The position numbers were made by a program, and so were the translations under genes. Of a stretch of DNA of 64,000 bases, positions 47,739 through 59,558 are shown in pieces. The DNA comes from Planctomycetota bacterium (GTDB taxonomy: Bacteria; Planctomycetota; UBA11346): positions 1 to 64,000 of the forward strand of contig JBBRLJ010000010.1 in assembly GCA_038231435.1 (NCBI GenBank). Direction: 5' to 3'. The notes under the pieces were generated by a model that was not told the origin of the DNA, did no database searches, and saw only the letters and a program-made list of their open reading frames with translations. The stretch's first letter is position 1. Every line of letters starts with the position of its first letter.

Positions 47739-48440
47739 TCAGCCATCCAGGGCGCCCGGAGCTCTGGCCGTGACGCGGGCGCGGGGTAGTGGTGGAACCG
47801 TGAGTTCCGACCAGGCGGGATGCGCGCCCAGGAGATCGAGTGCCCGGCGAAGCAGCCCGCGCCCCGGCTCGCGCTTGAACCAGGTCGATGCTCCGGATGG
47901 ATGGGGGAGCGGGATGACCTCGCAGTCGTGACCGAAGGCGCAGACCCGGTAGCTCTGGCCGATGATCTCGGCGAGCGGCGCCGGGGGCATGAAGCGTTCG
48001 ATCGCCAAGCGTCCTACCGGCACGATCAGGCGTGGGCGCAGGATGCCGATCTCGCGCCGCATCCAGCCGCTGCACGCCTCGATCTCGTCGACGCCCGGCA
48101 CCCGGTCGCCGCCGCCATTCGCCTTGCCGGGAAAGCAGCGGCACACCGCTGCGATGTAGGCGCGCGAGCGGAATGCCTCCTCGTCGACGCCGATGCTCGC
48201 GAACCAGGCGAAGAGCGTGCGGCCGGCCGTCCACGCGAACGGTCGGCCGAGCGCTCCTTCGCGTGGTCCTGGCGCCTGGCCGACCAGGTACACTCGCGCC
48301 GCGACAGCGCGCGGTGTAATCACCGGACCGATCATGCCAGGGCATCGCGCGCAGGACTTCAGCTCGGCGAGATGGTGCTCGAGCCGGGCGATGTCCGACG
48401 CAGGACGGCTGGCCACGCTCGGGCGGGTGGCGCGGGGCAT
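47739..48440 (-). CDS. Uracil-DNA glycosylase family protein (family 4/5-like)
   Basis: C..C, VGQAPG..E...GRPF...AGR.L, RC.P, P...EI..C, LPHPSG. Confidence 0.88.
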   Translation of the reverse strand: MPRATRPSVASRPASDIARLEHHLAELKSCARCPGMIGPVITPRAVAARVYLVGQAPGPREGALGRPFAWTAGRTLFAWFASIGVDEEAFRSRAYIAAVCRCFPGKANGGGDRVPGVDEIEACSGWMRREIGILRPRLIVPVGRLAIERFMPPAPLAEIIGQSYRVCAFGHDCEVIPLPHPSGASTWFKREPGRGLLRRALDLLGAHPAWSELTVPPLPRARVTARAPGALDG

Positions 48441-48590
48441 GGCCGTTCAGTCTACGCGCGGCCGTCTGAGGCGCCATCAATCTGGGGAGGAAGCGAGCCT
48501 CGCTCGGCCGCCCATCCTTGCCTTGGCGTCGTGCTCGCGGTGGCGATTGCGGGGTTCGTCCCCCGGCGCATCCTCCCCCGCGGGGGACCC

Positions 48591-50609
<2,019 letters not shown>

Positions 50610-50626
50610 GTCTCAGGCTTCGGGCC

Positions 50627-51070
50627 TCACGGCTTGGCGGGCTCGGCCGCGGGGTCGGCTTTCGCTTCGGAGCCTGTGATCTCGCCGGTGAGCGAGCACG
50701 TCACCACGTAGGATTTGCCGCTGGCGCGGAACTCGGCCTTGAAGGCCTGGTCCTTGGCGTCGGTCGAGGTCTGCGAGGTCTGGAAGTATTTGAAGCCCTT
50801 GACCTCGTTGTCGCCAACGAGCTTCTCGCATTCGGCGATCAGCGCCTTCTTCACCTCGCCGGAGCCGTCGCGGACATCGCACTCGCGCCACTCGATCTTG
50901 GCGGGGGCGGCGTCCTTCGCTGGCGCGGGCGCGGACTTGGCCTCCGTCGCGTCCTTCGCGGGGGCCGGCTTGGCGTCCTCGGCGAACACCGGCGTGCCGG
51001 CGGCGGCCAGCAGCAGGGCGAAGACGGCGATGCGCTCGGTGATGCGCGTGATGGTTGGATAGCCGGGCAT
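50627..51070 (-). CDS. Secreted hypothetical protein (possibly PepSY-like)
   Basis: Signal peptide IAVFALLLAAAGTPVFA, AKP-rich linker, and FKAEF..GKSYVV....G.I. Confidence 0.65.
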   Translation of the reverse strand: MPGYPTITRITERIAVFALLLAAAGTPVFAEDAKPAPAKDATEAKSAPAPAKDAAPAKIEWRECDVRDGSGEVKKALIAECEKLVGDNEVKGFKYFQTSQTSTDAKDQAFKAEFRASGKSYVVTCSLTGEITGSEAKADPAAEPAKP

Positions 51071-51207
51071 GGGGAACCTCCACCGGAATGGTGCCCAGGG
51101 CCCGCCGCGAAGACCATGGTTATCCACGCTCCGGTCGCTGGCGGTTCCGCCGGTGTCGCTCACGCAGGTCGCTTGCGCTGCGCAGCCCGAGCGCGACAAG
51201 CGCGGTC

Positions 51208-51993
51208 ATGAAGCGCGCGGATGGACGGACGGAGTCGGCTCGAGGCGTAGGACCGGGCACGGGCGAAGCGCAGGGCGAGCTCATCGCGGCCGCGCGCGCC
51301 CTCGCGGCCGAGCTCGCGCCCCTGCGCTTCGCTGATCCGGTCCGGCACGTCTACAATCCCCTGATCTACGCCGCGCGCCTGCACGAGGCCTATCTCGCGC
51401 GCTATGGAACGGGAACCAAGCGCGTGGTCTTCCTGGGCATGAATCCTGGCCCCTTCGGTATGGCCCAGACAGGGGTGCCGTTCGGCGAGGTCGCGGCAGT
51501 GCGCGATTGGCTGAAGCTCGAGGGCACCGTCGACCGCCCGCCGGGAGAGCATCCCAAGCGCCCGGTGGTCGGGTTGGCGTGCACGCGCAGCGAGGTCAGT
51601 GGCCAGCGCCTGTGGGGCAGCTTCGCCGCGCGCTTCGGGACCGCCGCGCGCTTTTTCACCGAGCATTTCGTCGCCAACTACTGCCCGCTGGTATTCATGG
51701 AGGAGAGCGGCCGGAACCGCACGCCCGACAAGCTCGCGCCGGCGGAGCGCGAGGCCGTGTACCGCGCCTGCGATCGGCATCTCGTCCGCACCATCGTAGC
51801 GATGCAACCCGAATGGGTGGTGGGCGTGGGCCGGTTCGCCGAGCAGCGCGCGCTCGAGGCGTTGGCCGGCATGCCGGTGCGCATCGGTCACGTCCTGCAT
51901 CCCTCGCCCGCGAGCCCACGCGCGAACAAGAACTGGGCGCTCGAGGCCGAGCGCGACCTGGTGCGCCAGGAGATCTGGCGTAACGCGGGTTAG
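51208..51993 (+). CDS. SMUG1-like (family 3) uracil-DNA glycosylase
   Basis: YNPL.YA...H..Y, GMNPGPFGMAQTGVPFGEV, RSEVSG.R.W, NYCPL.F, HPSPASP. Confidence 0.93.
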   Translation: MKRADGRTESARGVGPGTGEAQGELIAAARALAAELAPLRFADPVRHVYNPLIYAARLHEAYLARYGTGTKRVVFLGMNPGPFGMAQTGVPFGEVAAVRDWLKLEGTVDRPPGEHPKRPVVGLACTRSEVSGQRLWGSFAARFGTAARFFTEHFVANYCPLVFMEESGRNRTPDKLAPAEREAVYRACDRHLVRTIVAMQPEWVVGVGRFAEQRALEALAGMPVRIGHVLHPSPASPRANKNWALEAERDLVRQEIWRNAG

Positions 51994-52547
51994 AGCGCCG
52001 GCGATCCGGCGACCGGGCTGGACGATGCCGAGGCTGCTGATGCAGAAGCGGACGCCGGAGCCGGATGCACCCGCGAGCGGCTGGAAGTTCCACGCTGCTG
52101 GAAAAGCACATGGGCGTCGCGGTTCTGGATGAGCCAGTATTTCAGCGCGCTGTCCACCACCGACATGGTCGGGAAATTGGCTTCGCGGTCGCTGCTCGAG
52201 AACGCCTGCGGCTGTGGTGCGTCCTTCGGGCTGAGATCGATCACCGGTCCGATCCCCCGCCCGGAGGCGGTGGTCGAGGGGCCTGGGCGCTGCTCGGCTA
52301 AGCGACGATCCGCGGCGTCGGCGACAGCTTCCCAGCGCGCCATTTCGGCCTCGGCCAGATCGTCGGGCTGCGTATGCGCGGACACCTGCTCGGGAGATGG
52401 CGAGCGTCGATGATCGCGTTCGAGCAGATCGAGACTGCCGTCGGGATTTGGCAGGACCAGGTACGAGGCCGCCACCGCGCCCTCTGCTGCCGAGGCCACC
52501 ACCCGGCCCTTGTGATCGATGTTCACCACCCATTCGCCGCTACCCAT
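51990..52547 (-). CDS. Hypothetical protein
   Basis: 185-aa ORF filling the gap; no recognisable motif. Confidence 0.5.
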   Translation of the reverse strand: MGSGEWVVNIDHKGRVVASAAEGAVAASYLVLPNPDGSLDLLERDHRRSPSPEQVSAHTQPDDLAEAEMARWEAVADAADRRLAEQRPGPSTTASGRGIGPVIDLSPKDAPQPQAFSSSDREANFPTMSVVDSALKYWLIQNRDAHVLFQQRGTSSRSRVHPAPASASASAASASSSPVAGSPAL

Positions 52548-52944
52548 GTGCCACTCCGTTCGTTGCTCGCACGTCGCCGGTCGCTCGCCGATCGCTCGCC
52601 CCTGCCAATTCTACCGTCAGTACAGGCGGCAGCGGATGAGGGGCTTCCGGATGGGGGCGAGTATAACGACAGGACCGCGTGCACCCAAGATCTGCTCGCG
52701 AACAACTCTACGCCTCTAACGCCCAACAGACACCCAGCAGACGCCCAGCAGACGCAAGAATACGACCAGGAGACGCCAGGAGCCTCGCTGGGCAACCTTC
52801 CACAACGTGGTTCGGAAGGTGAGGGCATTGTCGCTTCAACCGTGGTACAATCGCCTCGAACCCTGGAGACGTGGCTCGGCATGCCGCCGGGTCATCGATC
52901 GTCGGCTCGAGCGCGGACATCGCCGCGAGAATGTGGAGTCAGTC

Positions 52945-53415
52945 ATGAACGTCCGCGAGATAATGAGCCAGGATGTGGCCTGCTGCACACCCGATACGCC
53001 GCTCCAGGAAGTAGCCCAGATGATGGTCGACCGCGACTGCGGATCGATCCCGGTGGTCGATGACCTGGATTCACGCAAGCTGTTGGGACTGGTGACCGAC
53101 CGTGACATCACCATCCGCTTGGTCGCGCAGGGGATGAATCCCGTCGACCGGACCGCGCGTGATTGCATGTCCAAGCCGGTCATCTCGGTGAACCTCGATG
53201 CGACCATCGAGGAGGCGATCAAGACTCTGGAGGAATACCAGCTGCGCCGCCTGCCGGTGATCGACACCAGCAATGGCGCCTGTTGTGGGCTGATCGCGCA
53301 GGCCGATCTGGCCCGATATGCGACTTCATCCGAAACCGCCGAGGTCATCAAGCGCGTATCCCAGCCCGCGCCAGTGGTCGACCTGGGGCTCGATGCCGAA
53401 ATCGACATCCGTTGA
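52945..53415 (+). CDS. CBS domain pair protein
   Basis: V.EIMS..V, G.IPVVD, GLVTDRDI, RRLPV, GLIAQADL. Confidence 0.9.
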   Translation: MNVREIMSQDVACCTPDTPLQEVAQMMVDRDCGSIPVVDDLDSRKLLGLVTDRDITIRLVAQGMNPVDRTARDCMSKPVISVNLDATIEEAIKTLEEYQLRRLPVIDTSNGACCGLIAQADLARYATSSETAEVIKRVSQPAPVVDLGLDAEIDIR

Positions 53416-53489
53416 AGCGCACCGCAGCATGAACCTGGGATATGAGAAGGCCGTGAGTTCGGCTTGCCGGCCTGCGGCAAGCCAGCACC

Positions 53490-54320
53490 TCAGCCGAGCC
53501 GATACGCGCGACGGGCGGCGCCACCCAAGATGTCGGCTCGCTCCGATGCGGAGAGCGCCGAGATCAGGTCGCCGACGGTGCGCAGCCACCGTGCGTAATC
53601 GGTCCCGTCGAGGCATACCGGCCAGTCGCTGCCGAAGAGCACGCGCCTCGGGCCGAAGGCCTCGATCACGATCGAGGCGTATGGCCTGAGATCGTCCACG
53701 GCCCAGGCGTGCTTGTCGGCCTCGGTCACCAGCCCTGAGAGCTTGCACCAGACATGTGGCAGACGCGCGAGCGCGCGAATGCGCTCTCGCCACGGTTCGA
53801 ACTCTCGCTGGGCGATGCGCGGCTTGGCCGCGTGGTCGATGATGAAATGCATGTCCACATGCCGTTTGACGCACGCCAGGGCCGCGGGCAACTCACGCTC
53901 GCGCACCAGCAGATCGTAGGCCAGGCCGCGGGCGGCGAGCAGCCCGATGCCGCGATCGATCTCTGGCCGCGACAGGAAATCGCCATCGCGCTCATCGTGG
54001 AGCACATGGCGCGCGCCGACCAGGCGGCCCCGTTCCGCCGCGAACCCGTCCAGCAGGCCGCCGACTCCGGGGTCGGCGAGAGGGACCCAGCCGACCACAC
54101 CCAGGATGCGGGGGTGGCGGCGCGCCAGCTCCAGCAACCAACGCGTCTCGACCAAACTCTGGCGCGCCTGGACCGCGATGCATCCCTTGACGCCGGCGGC
54201 GTCCATCTCGCCGGTGAACTCCTCCATCGAGAAGTCGCGCTGGAGCATCGCCGAGCCATCGTCGATCCACGGGAACTCCGCCGGAACGTAGCGCCAGCAG
54301 TGGTGGTGGGCGTCGATCAT
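53490..54320 (-). CDS. Amidohydrolase_2 family protein (L-fuconolactonase-like)
   Basis: IDAHHH.W, VQA...ETRWLL, DH.AKP.I, CKLSGL.TE, FGSDWPV. Confidence 0.88.
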   Translation of the reverse strand: MIDAHHHCWRYVPAEFPWIDDGSAMLQRDFSMEEFTGEMDAAGVKGCIAVQARQSLVETRWLLELARRHPRILGVVGWVPLADPGVGGLLDGFAAERGRLVGARHVLHDERDGDFLSRPEIDRGIGLLAARGLAYDLLVRERELPAALACVKRHVDMHFIIDHAAKPRIAQREFEPWRERIRALARLPHVWCKLSGLVTEADKHAWAVDDLRPYASIVIEAFGPRRVLFGSDWPVCLDGTDYARWLRTVGDLISALSASERADILGGAARRAYRLG

Positions 54321-54451
54321 GTTCGGGCCAGTAGGGCGCGATGAGCCCCCCGCGCAAGCTCGCGGACCGTCTCCGCGCGGCAGATGTCCGTGGAAAATCC
54401 ATCCCGATGGCGATCCTGCCGTTCCAGCCACATTCCATCACGGAGGCTCCC

Positions 54452-55123
54452 ATGCGGTACGCGATCATCGCCATCGGATTCCTGCTCGCCGCGTCATCCT
54501 CCTTCGCCGGCAGGGCCGAAGGTGCCGAAGGTGCCGCTGCCGCCGGTGCGGCTGCGGCCGCGGGAACCTCTACAGACAAGACCGACAAGACCGACAAGAC
54601 CGCTAAGACCGACAAGGAGCACGCCGTGCCGACATCCGCCCTCGCCAGCACCATGAACGACATCGATGGCAAGCCCTACGCACTGTCGCAGAACCTTGGC
54701 AAGGTGGTGATGTTCGTGAACGTCGCCTCGCGGTGCGGCAACACGCCGCAGTACGCCGCGCTCGAATCGTTGTACGAGAAGTACAAGGGTCAGGGCCTGG
54801 TGGTGATCGGTGTTCCCGCGAACAATTTCGGCGCGCAGGAACCGGGCACTGACAAGGAGATCGCCCAGTTCTGTACGTCCAAATACCAGGTCACATTCCC
54901 GATGCTCTCCAAGGTGAGCGTCAAGGGCGCGGACATCTGCCCGCTCTACGCCTATCTCACCACCAAGAGTCCCAAGTCCGGCGAGGTCACCTGGAACTTC
55001 GCCAAGTTCCTGGTCGGCCGCGATGGCGAGGTGGTCGACCGGTTCGATCCCTCGCTCAAGCCCGATGATGCGCAGATAACCAAGGCGGTGGAAACCGCGC
55101 TGGCGAAGGCCGCCAAGAAGTAG
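54452..55123 (+). CDS. Glutathione peroxidase family protein, Cys form, with signal peptide
   Basis: VNVASRCG.TPQY, P.NNFG.QEPG, WNF.KFLV; GGAGG RBS. Confidence 0.93.
   Translation: MRYAIIAIGFLLAASSSFAGRAEGAEGAAAAGAAAAAGTSTDKTDKTDKTAKTDKEHAVPTSALASTMNDIDGKPYALSQNLGKVVMFVNVASRCGNTPQYAALESLYEKYKGQGLVVIGVPANNFGAQEPGTDKEIAQFCTSKYQVTFPMLSKVSVKGADICPLYAYLTTKSPKSGEVTWNFAKFLVGRDGEVVDRFDPSLKPDDAQITKAVETALAKAAKK
54572..54616 (+). repeat. In-frame 9-bp tandem repeat (5 imperfect units, TDK) in the GPx linker
   Basis: acagacaag-accgacaag-accgacaag-accgctaag-accgacaag. Confidence 0.85.
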
Positions 55124-55221
55124 CCCGGTGCCGGCACGAGCCGGCGATCCGTGAAGAGTTCAGCGGAATGTCCGCCACTCCCTGGGCGGGAGTGGCATCC
55201 TGGGCGGCTAGGAGCACATCC

Positions 55222-55518
55222 ATGTCACTCGCCAAAGCCGTCGCCAAGAAACAGAAATCGATGGGAATCGTCTCGAAGATCGCCCTCGCCGCCGTGGTGG
55301 GCGTCTCGATCCCGACCATCTACAAGCTGCTCAAGAGCGGCAGGGGCCGCCCCAACGCGCGCACCGTCAACCGCTACGCCAAGTTCCTGCGCATGAGCGC
55401 GACCAAGGTCGCGGCGCTCGCTGGCCGGGCCGAATCGGCCTCCAGCCCGTCGCGCGGCAAGGGCCCTCGTTCCGCCAGTTCCCGTCCCATGAAGCGGGGC
55501 CGCGCCGCCAAGGCGTGA
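55222..55518 (+). CDS. Small, very basic XRE/Cro-like HTH protein
   Basis: ALAAVVGVSIPTIYKLL..G...P...TV...AKFL; K/R-rich tail; AGGAG RBS. Confidence 0.7.
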   Translation: MSLAKAVAKKQKSMGIVSKIALAAVVGVSIPTIYKLLKSGRGRPNARTVNRYAKFLRMSATKVAALAGRAESASSPSRGKGPRSASSRPMKRGRAAKA

Positions 55519-55543
55519 TCCGGTTTCGGCGAGCGGAGCCTCC

Positions 55544-56074
55544 ATGAGCGTCGTCGACCCGAGCATGCGCGCTCCGACGCGCATGCTGGCCTTGGCCATG
55601 CTGTCGATCCTGTGCGTCTCCTGTCGCCACCGCGATCATCCGATCGACCTGGTGACGGGCGATGCATTCCTGGACTGGAGCGATCTCGCGAAATACCGCG
55701 AGAGCGCCTCGGCCTCGGACTCACATGGCGAGAGCGGCGAGAGCACCAAGCACGGCGCCGACGGCGCCGTCGCCTCCGCCATCCTCGCCATTCTGACCCG
55801 TTATGCGGGCGCGACGAGCATGCTTGATCTGCCGCGCTGGATCGAACTGACCTGCATCGTCAAGGACAGCAGCGGACACGTGCTCGCGGCCCATCCGCTG
55901 CAACGCGGACACAATCGCTGGCGTGACGCCATCGCCGCCCAGCCCATCGATGTCTATCTGAAGGTGAAGGCGCCGATGCTCGTCCATGAGCTCTTCGTCA
56001 AACGCGTGGACGACGCGCATGCCCGGCCGGTGAATATCAACGTGGTGTACGAACTGGTCCACCGGGCGCTGTGA
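55544..56074 (+). CDS. Putative lipoprotein, possibly frameshift-truncated
   Basis: Hydrophobic N-terminus ending in a lipobox-like LCVSC. Confidence 0.55.
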   Translation: MSVVDPSMRAPTRMLALAMLSILCVSCRHRDHPIDLVTGDAFLDWSDLAKYRESASASDSHGESGESTKHGADGAVASAILAILTRYAGATSMLDLPRWIELTCIVKDSSGHVLAAHPLQRGHNRWRDAIAAQPIDVYLKVKAPMLVHELFVKRVDDAHARPVNINVVYELVHRAL

Positions 56075-56264
56075 CGATCGTGTCGTCGTCGCGAATGCGA
56101 CTGGCGGAATGCAGACGGTCCACATCACGGGCTCCGGAACGATCACAAACCCATGGGTCGACAATGCCTTCGCCAGCCTCGTGGTGGAGGATCCAGGACA
56201 GACGATTCGCCTGGCGTCGGACATCGGCGGCGCGTTCGAGGCATCGCGACCCATGCTCCGCGGA

Positions 56265-58730
56265 TCAGGTTGGCAAATCGGCGATGCTGGTGGTCGCTGG
56301 ATCCGTGGTGAAGCGCGCCCATCGACGCTGGCCATGGGCGCTGAGATGGGTGATCGCACCCTCGCCGCCGCTCGAGCTCAGGTGAGGATCGCTGGCGATG
56401 ACGCCCAGGCCGGCCATGGGGAGATGGCGCCAGTCTTTACGCAGCCTGAGACAGTGCGCATTCCCGTCGACACCGCGGAAGACGATGCAGTGGCGACCGG
56501 CCACATACGCGCCTGATGGACGGCCGGACGCGGCTGGCGCTTGGGCGATGGCGGTCAGGTCGTGGTGGCGCCAATCGACCGCATCGAAGCAGATCTCGTG
56601 GATATGGCCATCGACCCCGAGGTAGACGACGTGTTCATGATCTGCCGGAGCATACCCGAGGGGATCCGCAGCGGCTGCGGGAGCGCCGGTGCGCGCACCG
56701 ATGTCGGCATAGAACCAGCGGCCTTTCAATTCGAGGAATTCATGGACTCCTCCGATCGCATCCCGGTACGTGACGTGCCGACTGCCCTCCAGGGCCCAGT
56801 GCCACGCGGCTGCAGGGCCGGCCGCGGGTGGCGCCTTGAGCGCCGTGGTCAGATCGATCGGCTTGGCATCCCCAGCCTCGTGCAGCAGCACATGTCCATT
56901 GGTGTCGGTCGTGACGACGAACGTCGGCGCCTCGCCACCTCCGCGACTCAAGCCAGGTGCACCGATGGCGGCACCCAAGTCACGCGCAGGCGCCGTCAGC
57001 CGGCCGGCGTCATCGAGATGGGCCATCCAGGCGTGACCATCGATACCATGCCAGGCAGCGACGATGCCGTCGGGTCGCGCGAGCAACGATGGCTCCCCGA
57101 CCACTCCGCTGACCGGATCGATACCGCTGATGCGTCCGGCGCCAGCCCAGTGGTCGCCCACGGTGCGCGCCGCTTTCAGCCGGCCTTTGGAATCCCGCCA
57201 CACCCCCATCCAGCGTCCCGCCTTGCGCGCGACCAGTGGCCCGGTCACTTCTTCACGGGGTGCTCCAGCCACGTCGGTGACCACCGACCTGGCCCGCGCC
57301 AGAGCCATCTGCAGCGCGGCGATGTCCCCATGCTGAGTTTCACCGAGCGCCGCCGCATGCCGCTTCTCGGCTCCATCGGCTCGCTTCGATGCTGCTGTCG
57401 CCGCGCGCAGAGCGGCATCCCGTTCGGCTTCGAGCGTGAGCGCTCGCGCTTCCTCCTGGCCGGATGCAGTCTGGGCCGCACTTTCCGCCGCATGGAGCGC
57501 GGCGGCCAGTCGGTCACGTTCATTCGCGATGTCCGCGCGTGCCCGCTCGACGGTGTCGAAGCTCCGCTCGGCGCCGAGGAGATCCGCCTGGGCCGAAAGC
57601 AGCGCGTCGGCGGCGCGGCGACTCTCACGGGTCGTCTCGATGAGATCGTCGTGCGCTTGGCGGGCCAGCTGTTCGGCCGCGACACGGGCTTCCGCGACGG
57701 CACGCACCGCGGCAGTCAACTGATCCTGCACCAACGCAGCTGCGCCACGTGCCTGCGTCAACTCGTCGGTCAGCCCGGCGCGGACCGTCTCGGCGTTCTC
57801 AAGCTTCGAGGCCGAACCCGCACGCTGCGCATCGACCCGCATCTCGGCGGTCTTGATCCGTTCGGCGACCACGGTCGCCTGGATGGAGGCGGCGGTCAGC
57901 TTGGCTTCGGCATCGAGCGTACGCCGCTCCGCCTCGGCGCGCCGCCGTTCCAGGTCGGCGTTGCTGCGCTCGGCCACCGCGATGCGTGCGGTGAGTCCGT
58001 CCTTTTCGTTCAACGCCCGTTCGCGTTCGCGCTTGATCGTCGCCATGCCCTCGCGGGCGATGCGCTTGTATTCATCGCCTTTTGCGCTGACCGTGACCAT
58101 TTCGGCGTCACGCTCGCCGAGGCGTCCCCGGAGGTCGCTCAGTTCCGCGGGATCGGCGACCGGAACGGCGAGAGCCCGGGCGAGTTGCTCATCACGATCC
58201 GCGATGCGGGCGGCGAGGTTGTCTCGCCGATCGATGGCTTCGGAGAGCTGGGACTGCAGCACCATGACCCGCCCACCAGCTTTCGTCTCGGTGGCGGCGA
58301 GGCGCGCGATGAGGTCGTCGCGTTCAGTGGTCAGCACGGCCAGGGCGCGCGAGTCCTCGCTGTGATCGCGGCGCTCGGTCCGCCGTGCGAGCATGATCGC
58401 ATTCAATTCCATGCGCGTGTTCGCCAGGAGTTGCTCGCGTTCGGCATCGCCGATGGTGGTCGTGGTGCTGATGACCCGACGCAGCGCCTCCTTGATCCAA
58501 TCCGACAGATCGCGCTCGGACATGGTCTTGAGGTTGTGGGTCTTGCCGGTGCGCGTCAGCTCCTCGATCGAAGTCCTCTTGGTCAGCGCCCGCAGATGAC
58601 TATCGATCTCGGCCTCTGATGCGCCCTCGATACTCACCTCGCGATGCACCACCGATCCGGTCGGCTGTGCATTCGCGATCGGATGGGCAGTAGGAGTGGC
58701 GTGGGAAGGATCAGCGGGCTTGGAAGACAT
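56265..58730 (-). CDS. Coiled-coil protein with a C-terminal beta-propeller (PLL/fucose-lectin-like repeats)
   Basis: Long heptad region followed by repeats such as HV.Y.G.DGHIHE....W...DLT...AP.A.G.P. Confidence 0.75.
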   Translation of the reverse strand: MSSKPADPSHATPTAHPIANAQPTGSVVHREVSIEGASEAEIDSHLRALTKRTSIEELTRTGKTHNLKTMSERDLSDWIKEALRRVISTTTTIGDAEREQLLANTRMELNAIMLARRTERRDHSEDSRALAVLTTERDDLIARLAATETKAGGRVMVLQSQLSEAIDRRDNLAARIADRDEQLARALAVPVADPAELSDLRGRLGERDAEMVTVSAKGDEYKRIAREGMATIKRERERALNEKDGLTARIAVAERSNADLERRRAEAERRTLDAEAKLTAASIQATVVAERIKTAEMRVDAQRAGSASKLENAETVRAGLTDELTQARGAAALVQDQLTAAVRAVAEARVAAEQLARQAHDDLIETTRESRRAADALLSAQADLLGAERSFDTVERARADIANERDRLAAALHAAESAAQTASGQEEARALTLEAERDAALRAATAASKRADGAEKRHAAALGETQHGDIAALQMALARARSVVTDVAGAPREEVTGPLVARKAGRWMGVWRDSKGRLKAARTVGDHWAGAGRISGIDPVSGVVGEPSLLARPDGIVAAWHGIDGHAWMAHLDDAGRLTAPARDLGAAIGAPGLSRGGGEAPTFVVTTDTNGHVLLHEAGDAKPIDLTTALKAPPAAGPAAAWHWALEGSRHVTYRDAIGGVHEFLELKGRWFYADIGARTGAPAAAADPLGYAPADHEHVVYLGVDGHIHEICFDAVDWRHHDLTAIAQAPAASGRPSGAYVAGRHCIVFRGVDGNAHCLRLRKDWRHLPMAGLGVIASDPHLSSSGGEGAITHLSAHGQRRWARFTTDPATTSIADLPT

Positions 58731-58939
58731 GGATGGGACCTCGACCATCACCCTACCGAAGGTCTGTCTCGATTCAGCACCTTAAACCCAACACCCTCAT
58801 TCGTATAGCGCATCATCCTCGCGGGTGACTCCCGAAATGTTTCCAATCGCGATCCCCATGAATCAACGAGGAACCGCACCGGAGTCGGTGCGGTTGGTCG
58901 TCGATGATGCGTCAGGACGAGCCCTGGGCTCCCGCGCCG

Positions 58940-59160
58940 CGTTGATGCTCTGCGACGGATCGCCTGCCATCCCAGGGCGATAAGCCCGAAGCCCGCTCCG
59001 CCACGGGCGCATTTCCTCGCCACCACACAGGGGAAGGTCGCGCCGTTATCACCGATCACTGTCGTCGGCGTGGCGAAACTGGCGTTGGTCGTCCCCGCTT
59101 GATATTCGCGCCGTTCCTCTGCCACTGAAACGTCGGCGGCGGCGAACCGCTGTCGTACCG
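58940..59160 (-). pseudogene. Frameshifted remnant of an Ig-domain surface protein
   Basis: SGSPPPTFQWQRNGANI / (frameshift) AGTTNASFATPTTVIGDNGATFPCVV, then a Gly-rich, hydrophobic, RRR tail resembling a C-terminal sorting signal. Confidence 0.6.
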
Positions 59161-59298
59161 CCACTCGGCCAGCGTCGGCGCGGTCCACTAGGCCCAGGAC
59201 GACGTCTGCAGTACCGACATAACCCGTCTGGCCCGCAGATGTCCTGCAGTTCTGACAGCAGCTCCACCCACGGAAACACCGCACGATCAGAATTCTGA

Positions 59299-59326
59299 GC
59301 TGATATTCACGCGCTGATATTCACGC
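59299..59326. repeat. Perfect 14-bp tandem duplication
   Basis: gctgatattcacgc x2. Confidence 0.9.
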
Positions 59327-59424
59327 ATGAGGCTCGCTGGGGACCAACCTAGCCTCCCCCGTCCACGTACTCAGAGACTTGCAACGGTGCGGTGTGCAGA
59401 CACCATGCATGCGCACGAAATTCC

Positions 59425-59500
59425 GGGCGGTTAGCTCAGTGGCTAGAGCATTCGCTTCACACGCGAGGGGTCGGGGGTTCAAATCCCTCACTGCCCACCA
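59425..59500 (+). tRNA. tRNA-Val (CAC)
   Basis: 76-nt cloverleaf: GGGCGGU/ACUGCCC acceptor stem, AGCUCAGUGG D arm, UUCACAC anticodon loop, GUUCAAAUC T loop, encoded CCA. Confidence 0.96.
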
Positions 59501-59502
59501 AT

Positions 59503-59542
59503 AAACAACCCCAAGTCCGTCATGGACTTGGGGTTGTTTTTT
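59503..59542 (+). terminator. Rho-independent terminator (probably bidirectional) between tRNA-Val and modC
   Basis: aaacaaccccaagtcc-gtcat-ggacttggggttgttt followed by further T residues. Confidence 0.88.
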
Positions 59543-59558
59543 GCAAGTGACCCAGCAT

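Noticed and set aside
54720..54750. Glutathione peroxidase as a Sec client
   Set aside because: The catalytic codon is tgc (ASRCG), so this is the Cys form.
59425..59500. tRNA-Val or tRNA-Sec as an island attachment site
   Set aside because: I found no duplicated tRNA 3' end and no integrase in the window.
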